From Candidatus Aenigmatarchaeota archaeon (lineage in GTDB: Archaea > Aenigmatarchaeota > Aenigmatarchaeia > GW2011-AR5 > JAHLMP01): a stretch of 64,000 bases of DNA. The stretch's first letter is position 1, and each line of letters starts with the position of its first letter. Below the pieces are notes generated by a model, which worked only from the letters and a program-made list of their open reading frames with translations, was not told the origin of the DNA and did not search any database. A program made the position numbers and the translations under genes. This document shows, one piece after another, positions 19,051-29,180 of the stretch. The stretch covers positions 721 to 64,720 of the forward strand of contig JAWCLB010000001.1 of the NCBI GenBank assembly GCA_039091735.1, read 5' to 3'.

Positions 19051-19980
19051 ATGGAACAAATTATAAACTATGATGATATAAAAAGATTGGAGAAAGCCGG
19101 ATTTAGGTTTATTGGCAAGCATAAGCACTCTGCAATCAAGATATGTGAGTGGACAAGAAAAGCCATACGTGGTGATAATTTTTGTTATAAGCAGAAATTT
19201 TATGGCATAAACTCTCATCGTTGCTTGCAAATGACGCCAGCATTCCAATTCTGTACACATCGTTGCCTTTTCTGTTGGAGGGACATAAGTATAACATATC
19301 CAAAATGGAATTGTCCAATAGATGAGCCTAAGCAAATACTAGACGAAGCGATTAAAGCCCAGCAAAAGATTCTACAGGGGTTCGGCGGAAATATTAAAGT
19401 TACAAAGAAGAGGTTTAATGAGGCCATGAATCCAAATCAGGTGGCAATATCCTTAGCAGGTGAGCCAACACTATATCCCAAATTGCCAGAACTTATAGAC
19501 GAGATCAAGATGCGCAATATGACATCTTTTCTCGTTAGCAATGGAACCAAACCAGATATGATAAAAAGATTGCTAAATCATCAGCCTAACCAACTTTATA
19601 TTACATTACCTGCACCAAACGAGAAGGTATATAAACAGACATGCCAACCTCTAATAGAAGATGGGTGGGAAAGAATAATGAAAACACTATCATTATTGAA
19701 GAAATTCTCATGTAATACAGTTATCCGTTTAACTTTAGTAAAAGGTATTAACTTTATTGACCCAGAAGGATATGCAAAGATTATATTGGATGCGAGCCCA
19801 AAATACATAGAGGTGAAAAGCTTTATGTCTGTTGGGTTTGCTAGGCAACGCCTGCCATACTCTGCTATGCCATTACATAATGAAATAATAAAATTTGCAG
19901 AAGAAATAGAAAGAGCGATTAACTACAAAATCATAGACGAAAAAAGAGATAGCAGAGTTGTTTTATTAATAAAAAAATAG
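19051..19980 (+). CDS. taw1: tRNA 4-demethylwyosine synthase Taw1 (radical SAM)
   Basis: Radical SAM motif 'CTHRCLFCWRD' plus a second N-terminal Cys cluster for the auxiliary Fe-S centre. Divergently adjacent to the Trm5/Taw2 gene. Confidence 0.85.
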   Translation: MEQIINYDDIKRLEKAGFRFIGKHKHSAIKICEWTRKAIRGDNFCYKQKFYGINSHRCLQMTPAFQFCTHRCLFCWRDISITYPKWNCPIDEPKQILDEAIKAQQKILQGFGGNIKVTKKRFNEAMNPNQVAISLAGEPTLYPKLPELIDEIKMRNMTSFLVSNGTKPDMIKRLLNHQPNQLYITLPAPNEKVYKQTCQPLIEDGWERIMKTLSLLKKFSCNTVIRLTLVKGINFIDPEGYAKIILDASPKYIEVKSFMSVGFARQRLPYSAMPLHNEIIKFAEEIERAINYKIIDEKRDSRVVLLIKK

Positions 19981-20101
19981 AAAATAAAAAATAGAAAACT
20001 CAAAATCTCATTGCTTTGTTTTTATTTCTTTCCCTTCTTCTTCGCCATTTTTATCACTTATAATAAAATTAATATCATAAGAAGTATTTAAAGTTTTTGG
20101 T

Positions 20102-22867
20102 TTAGAAAGTTTGTTGTCTCCAATACTTATGAGTTCTGGCAAACGACTTTTCTGCATCAAAAATATATTTCAGTAGCTGGTCCTCATCTTTTGGCAATTT
20201 TGCAAGAATCCTTGCAGCAGTTTCAACACCTATGCCTCTCCCAGCCTGGACCATTGCATATTTTTTGCCATATGTTATCATTAGTGATGCTGACCTTCGA
20301 AGGGTTTTGATGTATTTCTTCTCTTCTTTTGTTGGCTTCTTTAGTAATCTTAATGGGTCTTCTTTGGGCTTGTTGAAAATTCCCAATAACCTAGAATGAC
20401 ATTTTGGACACATTGGCTGGTCTTCCATATCCCTTACTTCTATGCTTATAGAATAATCACAACAATTAACACAAACCAATCTTAACCTAGTGCTCATTAG
20501 TCTCTTTTTGAAAGCCTCAAAAATTTCTCTTTCTGGTTTTTTTGGCTTTATTGCATCAAAAAATTGCCTTTTCAGACCATTTTCACCAAGCGGGCTTAAT
20601 CCGTTTTCAATCACTATTTTTATCTTTCCGCTACTTATTTTATGTAGGATTTCTTTCGTGGTTTTAATATCCATCTTTTCAAGAAATATTGTTCTCATGG
20701 TTTCTTCATATAACGGTGTATCAAGGTACTGTGATATAATTTTACTTATTCTTATGTTCTCTAAGCTTGCATCTTTTGATATAACCCCAAATCTCTTGGC
20801 TATATACAAAAACTGCCACTTAAATAAGGAGCTTCTCTCCATGGCAACTTCTATTGTCTTTTCGATGTCTTCAGCATTGAGCAAAATCTTTTTTATATTT
20901 TCTGGGCTACTAAGCGTCTGGAGTATTATTCTATATGCATCTGTTTTAAGGTTGACCGATGCCCCTGTCTCCATTGTAAGCCTGGCCGCAAGATATTTTC
21001 CAATAGTATTATTAACTAATGTACCATAGCAAGAATGTAAGATAATGAAATCTCTGTAATTCTCTATTAAGATTGTTTCATGGTCAGGTATTATATGCCT
21101 TTTACTCTGCCTTCTAATTAAATTAATGATGCTCTTGGCACTATTTTCATCTATGGGATATTTATCCATCAGATAGTCAATATTTTTTATATTTTCGTAT
21201 ACCTCTCTTCTCATCTTTCCAACATCTTGCGCTACTAAAAAAGATACAGGTATTAATTCACCCTCCCAAGCAGGGATTGCTGATTCTATATCTTCTACTG
21301 GCTCTACCAAAACTTTGTTGCTTTCGATTTGGACAATCTTCCAAGCCCGGCCACTACATATAAACGTATTACCAAGTTCGCCGTGTTCAGCTACAAAGCC
21401 CTCATCCAAAAAACCGATAGCCTCATTGTTTATCATGTTTATAACTTTTATCTTCTTAACATCAGGTATCGATGAAAGGTTTTCATAATAATATTGCCAA
21501 CTTTTTCTATTTCTCCTTAGTTCGCCGTTATCTGTAAGCCATATCAATCTTATATTCTTCAAAAATCCCAACAAATCTAAAAATTTTTCCTTTGATAAAT
21601 TTCTATATGGATATGCATTTTTTATTATATTGAAAGCCTCATCGATTGAAATATTATATTTATCTAAACTCAGGCCAATTATCTGATTAGCCAAAATGTC
21701 AAGTGCTAAGTCGTGAATATTTATTTTTTCTATCTCTTTTTCCATGGCACGCCTCGCTATAACAGCTGACTCGAAAACATCCTCTTCATCACTTATTATT
21801 ATACCTTTACTGGTCTCACCAACCCTATGTCCACTTCTTCCAACCCTCTGAATAAATCTACCTATGCGGCGTGGAGATAAGTATTGAATAACAAGGTCTA
21901 TGCTTCCGATATCTATACCAAGCTCTAAGGAAGATGTAGCAATAAGGGCCCTAAGCATATCCTTCTTAAACATTTGTTCGCTCTTTATCCTCAAACTCTT
22001 AGATAATGATCCATGATGAACATCAATAGCAAATTCTTTGTCGAGTAATTTAAAACGGCTTGCTAGAACCTCTGCAGTCTCTCTTGTATTTGTGAATATT
22101 AATGTATTTTTGTGCCTGTCAACAAGCTCCTTTATTCTTAATAATCTAGCTTCTGTATCCTCGCTCATAAACTCTGCTAGTTTTCCTGGTTTTGTCTTCG
22201 GGAGCTCAACACTTATCTCATATTTTTTTGCAGTTTCTGCATTTACAATACTCACATTTCTTCCAATAAATTGAGCGACCTTTTTAGGCTCACCTATGGT
22301 AGCAGAAAGACCAATCCTCTGAAAATCACCAGCAATAACTTTAAGCCTTTCTAATAATATAGATAGCTGAACGCCCCTTTTATTCTCAACCAACTCGTGA
22401 ACCTCATCAATCACCACATGTTTAACATTTCGTAGATGCTCTCTGATCTTTTTTCCCGGAAGGATTGCGGCCAGGGTTTCTGGTGTGGTTATTAATAAAT
22501 GGCTTGGAAATTCGCGCTGTTCAGCCCTCTCTCTTTGAGTTGTGTCTCCGTGCCTCACACTTATATCTAAATCGAGTTTATCTGCCCACCAAAATAACCT
22601 TTCTAACAAGTCTCTGTTCAGAGCACGCATAGGAGTAATATAAAGAATTGCTATTGGTTTATTCCTATCATGATATATCTTGTCAAACAATGGCAGAATG
22701 CAGGCCTCAGTCTTTCCTATTCCAGTCGGAGCAATAATAAGCACACTTTTACCGCTCAATATCTCTGGTATGCCTAAACGTTGGGGTAGGGTTGGCTCCA
22801 AAAACCCCTTCTCTTTAATCAGTGATTGCATTTTATCGCTAAAAAGCTCGAATACCACTTCTATCAC
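20102..22867 (-). CDS. lhr: Lhr-family large ATP-dependent helicase (DEAD/DEAH, with C-terminal Zn-ribbon domain)
   Basis: Walker A 'APTGIGKTEA', a DEVHEL box, 921 aa, and a C-terminal CxxC...CxxC. Confidence 0.85.
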   Translation of the reverse strand: MIEVVFELFSDKMQSLIKEKGFLEPTLPQRLGIPEILSGKSVLIIAPTGIGKTEACILPLFDKIYHDRNKPIAILYITPMRALNRDLLERLFWWADKLDLDISVRHGDTTQRERAEQREFPSHLLITTPETLAAILPGKKIREHLRNVKHVVIDEVHELVENKRGVQLSILLERLKVIAGDFQRIGLSATIGEPKKVAQFIGRNVSIVNAETAKKYEISVELPKTKPGKLAEFMSEDTEARLLRIKELVDRHKNTLIFTNTRETAEVLASRFKLLDKEFAIDVHHGSLSKSLRIKSEQMFKKDMLRALIATSSLELGIDIGSIDLVIQYLSPRRIGRFIQRVGRSGHRVGETSKGIIISDEEDVFESAVIARRAMEKEIEKINIHDLALDILANQIIGLSLDKYNISIDEAFNIIKNAYPYRNLSKEKFLDLLGFLKNIRLIWLTDNGELRRNRKSWQYYYENLSSIPDVKKIKVINMINNEAIGFLDEGFVAEHGELGNTFICSGRAWKIVQIESNKVLVEPVEDIESAIPAWEGELIPVSFLVAQDVGKMRREVYENIKNIDYLMDKYPIDENSAKSIINLIRRQSKRHIIPDHETILIENYRDFIILHSCYGTLVNNTIGKYLAARLTMETGASVNLKTDAYRIILQTLSSPENIKKILLNAEDIEKTIEVAMERSSLFKWQFLYIAKRFGVISKDASLENIRISKIISQYLDTPLYEETMRTIFLEKMDIKTTKEILHKISSGKIKIVIENGLSPLGENGLKRQFFDAIKPKKPEREIFEAFKKRLMSTRLRLVCVNCCDYSISIEVRDMEDQPMCPKCHSRLLGIFNKPKEDPLRLLKKPTKEEKKYIKTLRRSASLMITYGKKYAMVQAGRGIGVETAARILAKLPKDEDQLLKYIFDAEKSFARTHKYWRQQTF

Positions 22868-23517
22868 AACTCCTTGGCTATCCCAAGATAAGTGCCATCT
22901 AATAAATATACATGTATCTTATTTTTTTCGAGATTTTTTGCTATTGGTCCTAATAAATCATCCTGATTTATTATAGTTGCACCGCAAAGCTCATTAAAAG
23001 CAGGCATTATTATAATCTCTTTTCTATCAAGATAATGTAACCATACAGGCTCAAAATAGACTGCACCTAAATTATCTTTGATTCTTATAAATGGATGTGA
23101 ATGACCAATAATCATCTTTTCGTTTTCCATTTTCATATGACCATGAGTCAAAAAATATTTTCCAATTTTAACATATTTCCTGACTTTTATGCCCTTTGGT
23201 ATCATCTTTTCGATGTTGCCATCGTGGTTTCCCTTTATAATAGTTATTTTATTGAACTTTAATTTTGAGAAGAATTCTGGAATCTCACCAAATTCTTGCC
23301 CTGATACTCCTGGGATATTATGTTTAACGTCGCCAAGTATTATAAGTTCTTTGGTCTTTGTCATTCTTTTTAGCCTATTTATCCTATCTGACATAGGCTT
23401 TGCCTGAGAGGGAATAAAGATTCCTGACTTTTGAAACTCTTTTGTTATACCTAAGTGCAAATCAGATATTATAAGGAACCTGTCAATAATCATGGCGGCA
23501 TAGTTTCTGATGAACAT
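22864..23517 (-). CDS. Calcineurin-like metallophosphoesterase (MPE nuclease partner of Lhr)
   Basis: Motifs 'DLHLG', 'GDVKHN' and 'GNHD'. Overlaps the lhr start by 4 nt. Confidence 0.8.
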   Translation of the reverse strand: MFIRNYAAMIIDRFLIISDLHLGITKEFQKSGIFIPSQAKPMSDRINRLKRMTKTKELIILGDVKHNIPGVSGQEFGEIPEFFSKLKFNKITIIKGNHDGNIEKMIPKGIKVRKYVKIGKYFLTHGHMKMENEKMIIGHSHPFIRIKDNLGAVYFEPVWLHYLDRKEIIIMPAFNELCGATIINQDDLLGPIAKNLEKNKIHVYLLDGTYLGIAKEL

Positions 23518-23529
23518 ACTATGAATAAG

Positions 23530-24130
23530 AGAATAAAATTTAATAATATGTTGCCTTTCTTCAAATTATCAAATCTAGATGGAAAAGAGGTTAGAGTAAA
23601 GTGAAGCCAGAAGAATTTTGGGTAAAGAAGTGAAGATAATCTAGGCAGAATCAGAAAATGTAGTACAAGCGATAGGAATCCTTGAAAACACAAACTCTCT
23701 ATACATCTACGTAAGAACTCCTACTAATCTCTTAGCTATTCCTCAAGCTATGGTATTAAAAGTGAAGATACCTTTGACTTCTTGTAAAGATGGTGAATAG
23801 AAAATGGAAGAAGAGATAAAACACCAAGTCCAGAATAGTACAGCAATCAGAGAGCATAAAGTTATCTTCAGTAATCCTGAGTAATATAAGCGATATCAAA
23901 GAATCTAAGAAAGGTTTGGTTGAGTTAGAAAAGATAAGGGCACATTCTCCAGAAAGGGGTATAAACAGTTATAAACCAAGAAATTCCTTAAATAAAAAGA
24001 TCGATAAACAAGTAAACATAGGCATTACTAAGCTGGGTATAGATGTGGCGAGATATGCAAAATCAAGGATAGAAGCATTTTATAAAGAGCGATGAAATAA
24101 TTAGTTTAATATATCAAGCCAGTAAACGAA
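23530..24130 (+). pseudogene. Decayed coding remnant (purine-rich, frame-broken ORF pieces)
   Basis: Several 20-60-codon in-frame stretches (e.g. ...KIDKQVNIGITKLGIDVARYAKSRIEAFYKER*) interrupted by stops and frameshifts. No intact ORF over ~600 nt, unlike the gene-dense surroundings. Confidence 0.3.
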
Positions 24131-24135
24131 GCGAT

Positions 24136-24807
24136 TCAAACTACTTTCATCACTTTATATAACATCTTTTCTAATTTCATTAACTTTCTTTGATAGGAGG
24201 GGGTAGCAAGGTTTATGCTATCTTCTAGAGCTTCTCTTTGGATATCAGATATATGGCTATATAAATCAGTAATCATATCTAACCTTGCAAAAAATCGCTC
24301 TCTGTCAAACTCTTTCCCATATCCCAGATTAAGCAATATTTTATCTGAGATTGACTTAAATCCTTCCAATCTTTTATCCCTTTTAACTTCTTCTTCGTTT
24401 CTAGGATCGTCTGCTGATAAGCATTCTATGTAATATTCCTCTCCAAAAATTTTTCTAGCATCAGAACTTAACCTTGGAATATGCCAATAGCTTGAAACTG
24501 GATATACTTTATCTACAGGTTCTAGATGAGCAAGAAGAGAAAGCAACATCTTACAATAATAAAGGTTAGACAGTGTACTATAAGAAAATGGTTCTATCAT
24601 AATTTTTTCTCTATCAACGCCTTTATTCAGTATATAAGAGGTAATTGGGTCTGCCTCATTTTCTCCACAAACTATGAGCTTATCTATTATAGAGTTGCCA
24701 CATGCCCCAATTGCTATGTCAGCCCTTGCTTTTGTATGTAACTGTAAGCTTCCGTCTGGATTAATACCAGCGCCATGAACTATTCCTATTTTCATGATAT
24801 TGTACAA
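24136..24807 (-). CDS. DUF218 (YdcF/ElyC-like) domain protein
   Basis: 'IVHGAGINPDGSLQLHTKARADIAI...LIVCGENE...EPFSYSTLSN' matches the DUF218 pattern (hGgG..dGs...l..R.d.a...liv.G...SEa...S.nT). Confidence 0.5.
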   Translation of the reverse strand: MYNIMKIGIVHGAGINPDGSLQLHTKARADIAIGACGNSIIDKLIVCGENEADPITSYILNKGVDREKIMIEPFSYSTLSNLYYCKMLLSLLAHLEPVDKVYPVSSYWHIPRLSSDARKIFGEEYYIECLSADDPRNEEEVKRDKRLEGFKSISDKILLNLGYGKEFDRERFFARLDMITDLYSHISDIQREALEDSINLATPSYQRKLMKLEKMLYKVMKVV

Positions 24808-25248
24808 AATCGTAAAAGATTTAAATAAATTTATCCTGCTTCTGGTCCATAATCACAGAGATATTATCCAAACAGAAAATTCAGGAACAGCTACTTGATA
24901 TCCTGTAATAGAGGATTATTGTTCAACTAAATAAATCTTCTTTGTAAAGAAGAAGCAAAGATTAAACCAATAACTGATAATACAACTAATGCCAAAGTAC
25001 TATGCCTCTCTTATGAAATTCCAAATTTCTTTTAATATTTCTTCCATTATTTACTAGGCATATATTTCTCTTAAATGACTTTATTGTACTTTGCCTCTTA
25101 TCATAATAGAATATAAAAGGTCGTCTAATCAATTTCAGAATAGTTTGGTTTAATATCATCTATGCAAATACAATAAACCCTTTGTATCTCTCAGACTTGA
25201 CATAACCCCGGTTAGAGAAAGTTCTCCTTAGCCAATTTTCAATCTCAT

Positions 25249-25560
25249 CTACAGATAAACCATTTCTCTCCTTAATTCTTCATAGGTAAAAACTCTAGTA
25301 GAAGTTATTATCAGCTTTAAGCTTTCTCTTACTGAAGGAGAACATAGGTTAAACAACTTAACATTTATCTTCTTCCAATCCTTTAACAAAGAGTAAATAT
25401 AACCATAAGTACTGGCTAAACAAGAGCTTCTAGTCAAATAACCTTTCTTATAAAGATGACAAAGATTATTTTGTACATATTTTCTTTTCAGTTCAGTATT
25501 AGCACTTAGTGAATTAGATATTTCAAGAGAACTCAAAGGACCTCTTTCTTTTAACAGCAA
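25249..25560 (-). CDS. Hypothetical small protein, possible winged-helix DNA binder
   Basis: 103 aa. A 'LCHLYKKGYLTRS' segment resembles a wHTH recognition helix/wing. Lies immediately 3' of tRNA-Pro. Confidence 0.3.
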   Translation of the reverse strand: MLLKERGPLSSLEISNSLSANTELKRKYVQNNLCHLYKKGYLTRSSCLASTYGYIYSLLKDWKKINVKLFNLCSPSVRESLKLIITSTRVFTYEELRREMVYL

Positions 25561-25636
25561 AATTATCCTCTTAGACAGATCAGACCTTACTCTTCTTAGA
25601 ATATCTTTAACAGTAAGGCTGTTATGGAAGTTATTA

Positions 25637-25725
25637 TGGGGTTGCCCGGATTTGAACCGGGGTCAGGAGCTCTTTTTCTTTATGACCCAAAGCTCCGATG
25701 CTAAACCAAACTACACCACAACCCC
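25637..25725 (-). tRNA. tRNA-Pro (anticodon UGG) with canonical 14-nt intron at 37/38
   Basis: Acceptor GGGGTTG/CAACCCC with A73. Anticodon stem GGAGC/GCTCC with loop TTTGGG, then the intron (plus 25672-25685), then A38. T arm CCCGG-TTCAAAT-CCGGG. Confidence 0.75.
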
Positions 25726-25775
25726 TAACTAAATATTTTGTGGGTATTTTTAAGTTTTACTTGAATTAAGAATTC

Positions 25776-26381
25776 TTAAGATTTCTCCTTTGGTTCTATG
25801 AAGTCTTCTAACTTTAATTTGAATTCCTCGTCGCTCTTTATTTCATTTCTGAGTTTTAGAACCTCTCTTGTAAGCAAATAAAAAATAAAGGCAACTGCCT
25901 TCTTTCCCTTATTATTGCATGGTATAACTAAATCTATAAACGAAGTTTGATTAAAGGTATTACATAAGGCGATTATCGGTACTCTTATTTTTATAGCCTC
26001 TTTTAATCCTTGTTTATCAATGAACGGGTCAAGCAACAAAACTACATCTGGTTCGAAAAAATTTTCATAGTTTGGATTTGTCAAAGAGCCTGGCATAAAT
26101 CTTCCTATTATTGCTTTGGCATTAATAGAAGATGCAAACCTCTCAATTGGTCTTTTTATTTTTCTGCTTATGACCAAAACATTCTCTTTAGATGCTATCA
26201 TGCGTGAGGCAGCTCTTATCCTCTCGTCTAATATACCCAAATTCAAAACTGTCAAGCCATTTGCCAATGTTCTGTAAATAAATCTCTCCATGTCTTTTGT
26301 CTTTGTCGGCATTCCTATATGTACACCATTTTCAAGGTATCTCTCTTTCTGAACTAGTAATTCATCTCCCACAAAATTCAC
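25776..26381 (-). CDS. rps2: 30S ribosomal protein S2 (uS2)
   Basis: Archaeal uS2 N-terminus 'LLVQKERYLENGVHIGMPTKTKDM' and a 201-aa length. Confidence 0.9.
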   Translation of the reverse strand: MNFVGDELLVQKERYLENGVHIGMPTKTKDMERFIYRTLANGLTVLNLGILDERIRAASRMIASKENVLVISRKIKRPIERFASSINAKAIIGRFMPGSLTNPNYENFFEPDVVLLLDPFIDKQGLKEAIKIRVPIIALCNTFNQTSFIDLVIPCNNKGKKAVAFIFYLLTREVLKLRNEIKSDEEFKLKLEDFIEPKEKS

Positions 26382-27501
26382 CTTTATTAAAAGTTAGTGG
26401 CCTCATTTCAGGATTATTAATTTGCATCCAAAGCCTTATAAGCTCATTACATCTTGCTGTATCGATTCCTGCGACGCTAAATTTAGCCATATCCGAAAAT
26501 AAGGCTAACCTCGCCTCGCTGGGGCAGCATGTCTTGGTTGAGCGATGACTCACAATAGGTACAATCCTATTCTTTCTTGAAAACTCTATTATATCCATGC
26601 ATTCAGTTACAGTACCTGCCTGATTGGGTTTTATAATTACAGCGTTTATGAAGCTCGCTCTTTTTAACCTCTCTATTTGAGTTGAGATAATATCATCACC
26701 ACATATTAAAGCCTTTGTCTTTTTTTCTAATTCTTTAAATCCAGAAAAATCGTTTTCCTCTAATGGGTCTTCTATATATACCAAATCATAATTCCTTGCT
26801 AATTCTATAACATAATCTATCTGTTCTTCTCTCGAAAGTTTCTTATCATGATACACATATTTGCCGTTTCTGAAGATAGAAGAGGCTGCAAAATCTATTC
26901 CTATCTTAGCATTATAATTACTGGCTATTTTGCTTACTATCTCTAATGCCTCTTCGTTTGTGATGTCTGAAAGCCAGGCGCACTCTGGGTTAAGTCCTCT
27001 AAGTATACCCTTTTTATTTAGTTCTGCACGCACAGAGTGCCATATCTCAACGCCTCTATCAACTGAATCAAATATATTTTTTTCTGTCGGAATTACCAAA
27101 AATTCCTGAATCTCTGGTTTATTGTGAAAAGAATGGGCACCACCACCTAGAACATTTATAAGGAGGTTTGGGAAGAACTTTATTTCATTAATCCTTTCTT
27201 GAAACTCTAATGAAAAAAAGGCTAAGGATAGAGATGTGGTTAATAGCGAACCCAAGGCATTGATATTCTTTTTCAATAAAGAATCGAATTCTCTTTGGGA
27301 AAAGTCTCCTATGAACGAATCCTTAATCCTGCTGAAATTCTTGATTGCCTCCTCTGGCATTATAACTCTGGCCTCATGATGACTCTTGCTTATTCCGCCT
27401 GAGCTACTTGCTGGAAAGCTCTTGTTTATTACAGCCTCTATAGTTTTCTCTCCAAAAGAGTTGAAAATTATCCTCAAATCGATATTATTAACTTTAGTCA
27501 T
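26362..27501 (-). CDS. eno: Enolase (short archaeal form)
   Basis: N-terminal enolase motif 'SSSGGISKSHHEARV' and C-terminal 'SHRSTKT'. Sits in the conserved rpoK-eno-rpsB operon. Confidence 0.8.
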   Translation of the reverse strand: MTKVNNIDLRIIFNSFGEKTIEAVINKSFPASSSGGISKSHHEARVIMPEEAIKNFSRIKDSFIGDFSQREFDSLLKKNINALGSLLTTSLSLAFFSLEFQERINEIKFFPNLLINVLGGGAHSFHNKPEIQEFLVIPTEKNIFDSVDRGVEIWHSVRAELNKKGILRGLNPECAWLSDITNEEALEIVSKIASNYNAKIGIDFAASSIFRNGKYVYHDKKLSREEQIDYVIELARNYDLVYIEDPLEENDFSGFKELEKKTKALICGDDIISTQIERLKRASFINAVIIKPNQAGTVTECMDIIEFSRKNRIVPIVSHRSTKTCCPSEARLALFSDMAKFSVAGIDTARCNELIRLWMQINNPEMRPLTFNKGEFCGR

Positions 27502-27502
27502 G

Positions 27503-27667
27503 CTAACCTCTCTTAACAGTTATTGGTATTAGCCCCTTTTCAAATTCCAACTTTGCTATCTCGCCTGGATCAGACGAATTAGTCTTAATAAGCGGAGGTG
27601 CACCTGCAGCTATCTGCAGAGCCCTTGCTGAAATTATCCTAGCTTTCTCAAACCTTGTGAACGTCAT
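27503..27667 (-). CDS. rpoK: DNA-directed RNA polymerase subunit K (Rpo6/RpoK)
   Basis: 54-aa ORF, below the track cutoff: [54 protein letters not shown], with the canonical RpoK/Rpb6 'ARALQIA.GAP' core. Its stop abuts the eno start. Confidence 0.8.
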   Translation of the reverse strand: MTFTRFEKARIISARALQIAAGAPPLIKTNSSDPGEIAKLEFEKGLIPITVKRG

Positions 27668-27705
27668 ATCATGTTATATAAGTTTTAAACTTTAATAACT
27701 TATTT

Positions 27706-28413
27706 ATGATAGTTGCTGTCATACCTGCCTACAATGAAGAAAAAACTATCGCTGACGTTGTGAAAAAAACCAAGAGGTATGTAGATAAGGTTATAGTAAT
27801 TAATGATGGTTCAGACGATAAAACCCTAGAACTGGCAAGAAACTCTGGAGCTTATGTTATTAATCATAAAAAAAATCTAGGTTTGGGTAAAAGTTTGAGG
27901 GATGGCTTTAAGCAAAGCATAAAAATGAATGCAGATATCATAATTACCCTCGATTCTGATGGACAACATGACCCAAATGATATACCGAAATTCATAAAGG
28001 CGATCAGAAATGGCTATGATTTTGTGCTTGGCAAGAGAAACCTATCTTCATATCCACTAATTAAGAAAATAGGCAACTTGTTTCTAAATTTTATGACAAA
28101 CCTTATCTCTGGAACCACAATTAGCGATACAGAATCAGGATTCAGGGCATATACTAATCGTGCTTTAAAGAAGGTTTATCCATATCTGAAGGCAGATGGC
28201 TACGAGATTGCCTCTGAAATAATTTTTGCAGCAGGGTATTATAATCTAAAATATACAAATGTTGACATTTCTTCATATAAGTATGTCAAGGGCGTAACGA
28301 TAAAGGACGGGATAAGAAACTTTGCATATATGCTACGAAGAAGAAAAAGGAATCTGATAGATTATATAAAAGACTTTAAGTATGTTGTAAGAAAATGGTT
28401 GTGCAGATATTGA
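27706..28413 (+). CDS. Family 2 glycosyltransferase (dolichyl-phosphate sugar synthase-like)
   Basis: 'VIPAYNEE' and 'INDGSDDKT' motifs, a DxD-like 'DSDG', and a 235-aa length. Confidence 0.8.
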   Translation: MIVAVIPAYNEEKTIADVVKKTKRYVDKVIVINDGSDDKTLELARNSGAYVINHKKNLGLGKSLRDGFKQSIKMNADIIITLDSDGQHDPNDIPKFIKAIRNGYDFVLGKRNLSSYPLIKKIGNLFLNFMTNLISGTTISDTESGFRAYTNRALKKVYPYLKADGYEIASEIIFAAGYYNLKYTNVDISSYKYVKGVTIKDGIRNFAYMLRRRKRNLIDYIKDFKYVVRKWLCRY

Positions 28414-28495
28414 TAAGAAAAATATATTTTTGTGAATTGCTTCTCTATTTCTTGTTTCATGCCACTTTTAATATATTCACAACAAATTTTATAGG

Positions 28496-29164
28496 ATGAA
28501 GGACAGGACACTACAAATCTTGGATTTGCTGACGAAAAAATATAAAATATGCCAAGGAGAAAGTAGAATTATAGGAGCAAATATAATAAGAGACCCATTC
28601 AAAACTCTTGTTATGGGTATTCTCTCTCAGAATACGAGCGACAGAAATTCAACAAAGGCTTATCTTAGTCTTCTTAAAAGGATTGGAGAGATTTCACCAA
28701 AAATTCTGGAGAAAACAAAAGAAAGTGAGATAAGAAGAGCGATTAAGCCAGGTGGGTTATATAACATAAAAGCAAAAAGGATTAAACAGCTAGCAAAAAA
28801 TGTGCTCAAAGGGTTTGGTGGAGACTTAAGTATACTGCTAAATTATGAACCTAATAAATTAAGAGAAGAGCTTATGAAATTTGAAGGAGTAGGTAATAAA
28901 ACAGCAGATATCTTTTTAGCTTATTCTAAAGGCTGTGGAGTTATACCAATAGATACAAATGTGGCAAGGGTTGTAAAAAGATTGGGGCTTGTTGAGAAAA
29001 CTGCAAACTATAAAGAGATGCAAAAGGTATTACATAATCTCATACCATACAAAAAGAGAATAATAGCACATGAAATGTTCAAATTTTTGGGTCAAAATTT
29101 TTGTAAGGCAAAGAATAAGAGATGTGAAATCTGCCCAGTCAAAGGATTATGTTTTAAAAATTAA
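28496..29164 (+). CDS. nth: Endonuclease III-like HhH-GPD DNA glycosylase with [4Fe-4S] cluster
   Basis: HhH-GPD motif 'FEGVGNKTADIFL' and a C-terminal Cx6CxxCx5C. Confidence 0.85.
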   Translation: MKDRTLQILDLLTKKYKICQGESRIIGANIIRDPFKTLVMGILSQNTSDRNSTKAYLSLLKRIGEISPKILEKTKESEIRRAIKPGGLYNIKAKRIKQLAKNVLKGFGGDLSILLNYEPNKLREELMKFEGVGNKTADIFLAYSKGCGVIPIDTNVARVVKRLGLVEKTANYKEMQKVLHNLIPYKKRIIAHEMFKFLGQNFCKAKNKRCEICPVKGLCFKN

Positions 29165-29180
29165 TGGTATATAATTTATT

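Noticed and set aside
20490-21029. 179-aa ORF antisense within lhr (and similar antisense ORFs inside hmgA, glyS, ileS, rfcS, etc.)
   Set aside because: All are hydrophobic or low-complexity shadow frames of AT-rich coding sequence with no motifs. The sense genes have strong signatures.
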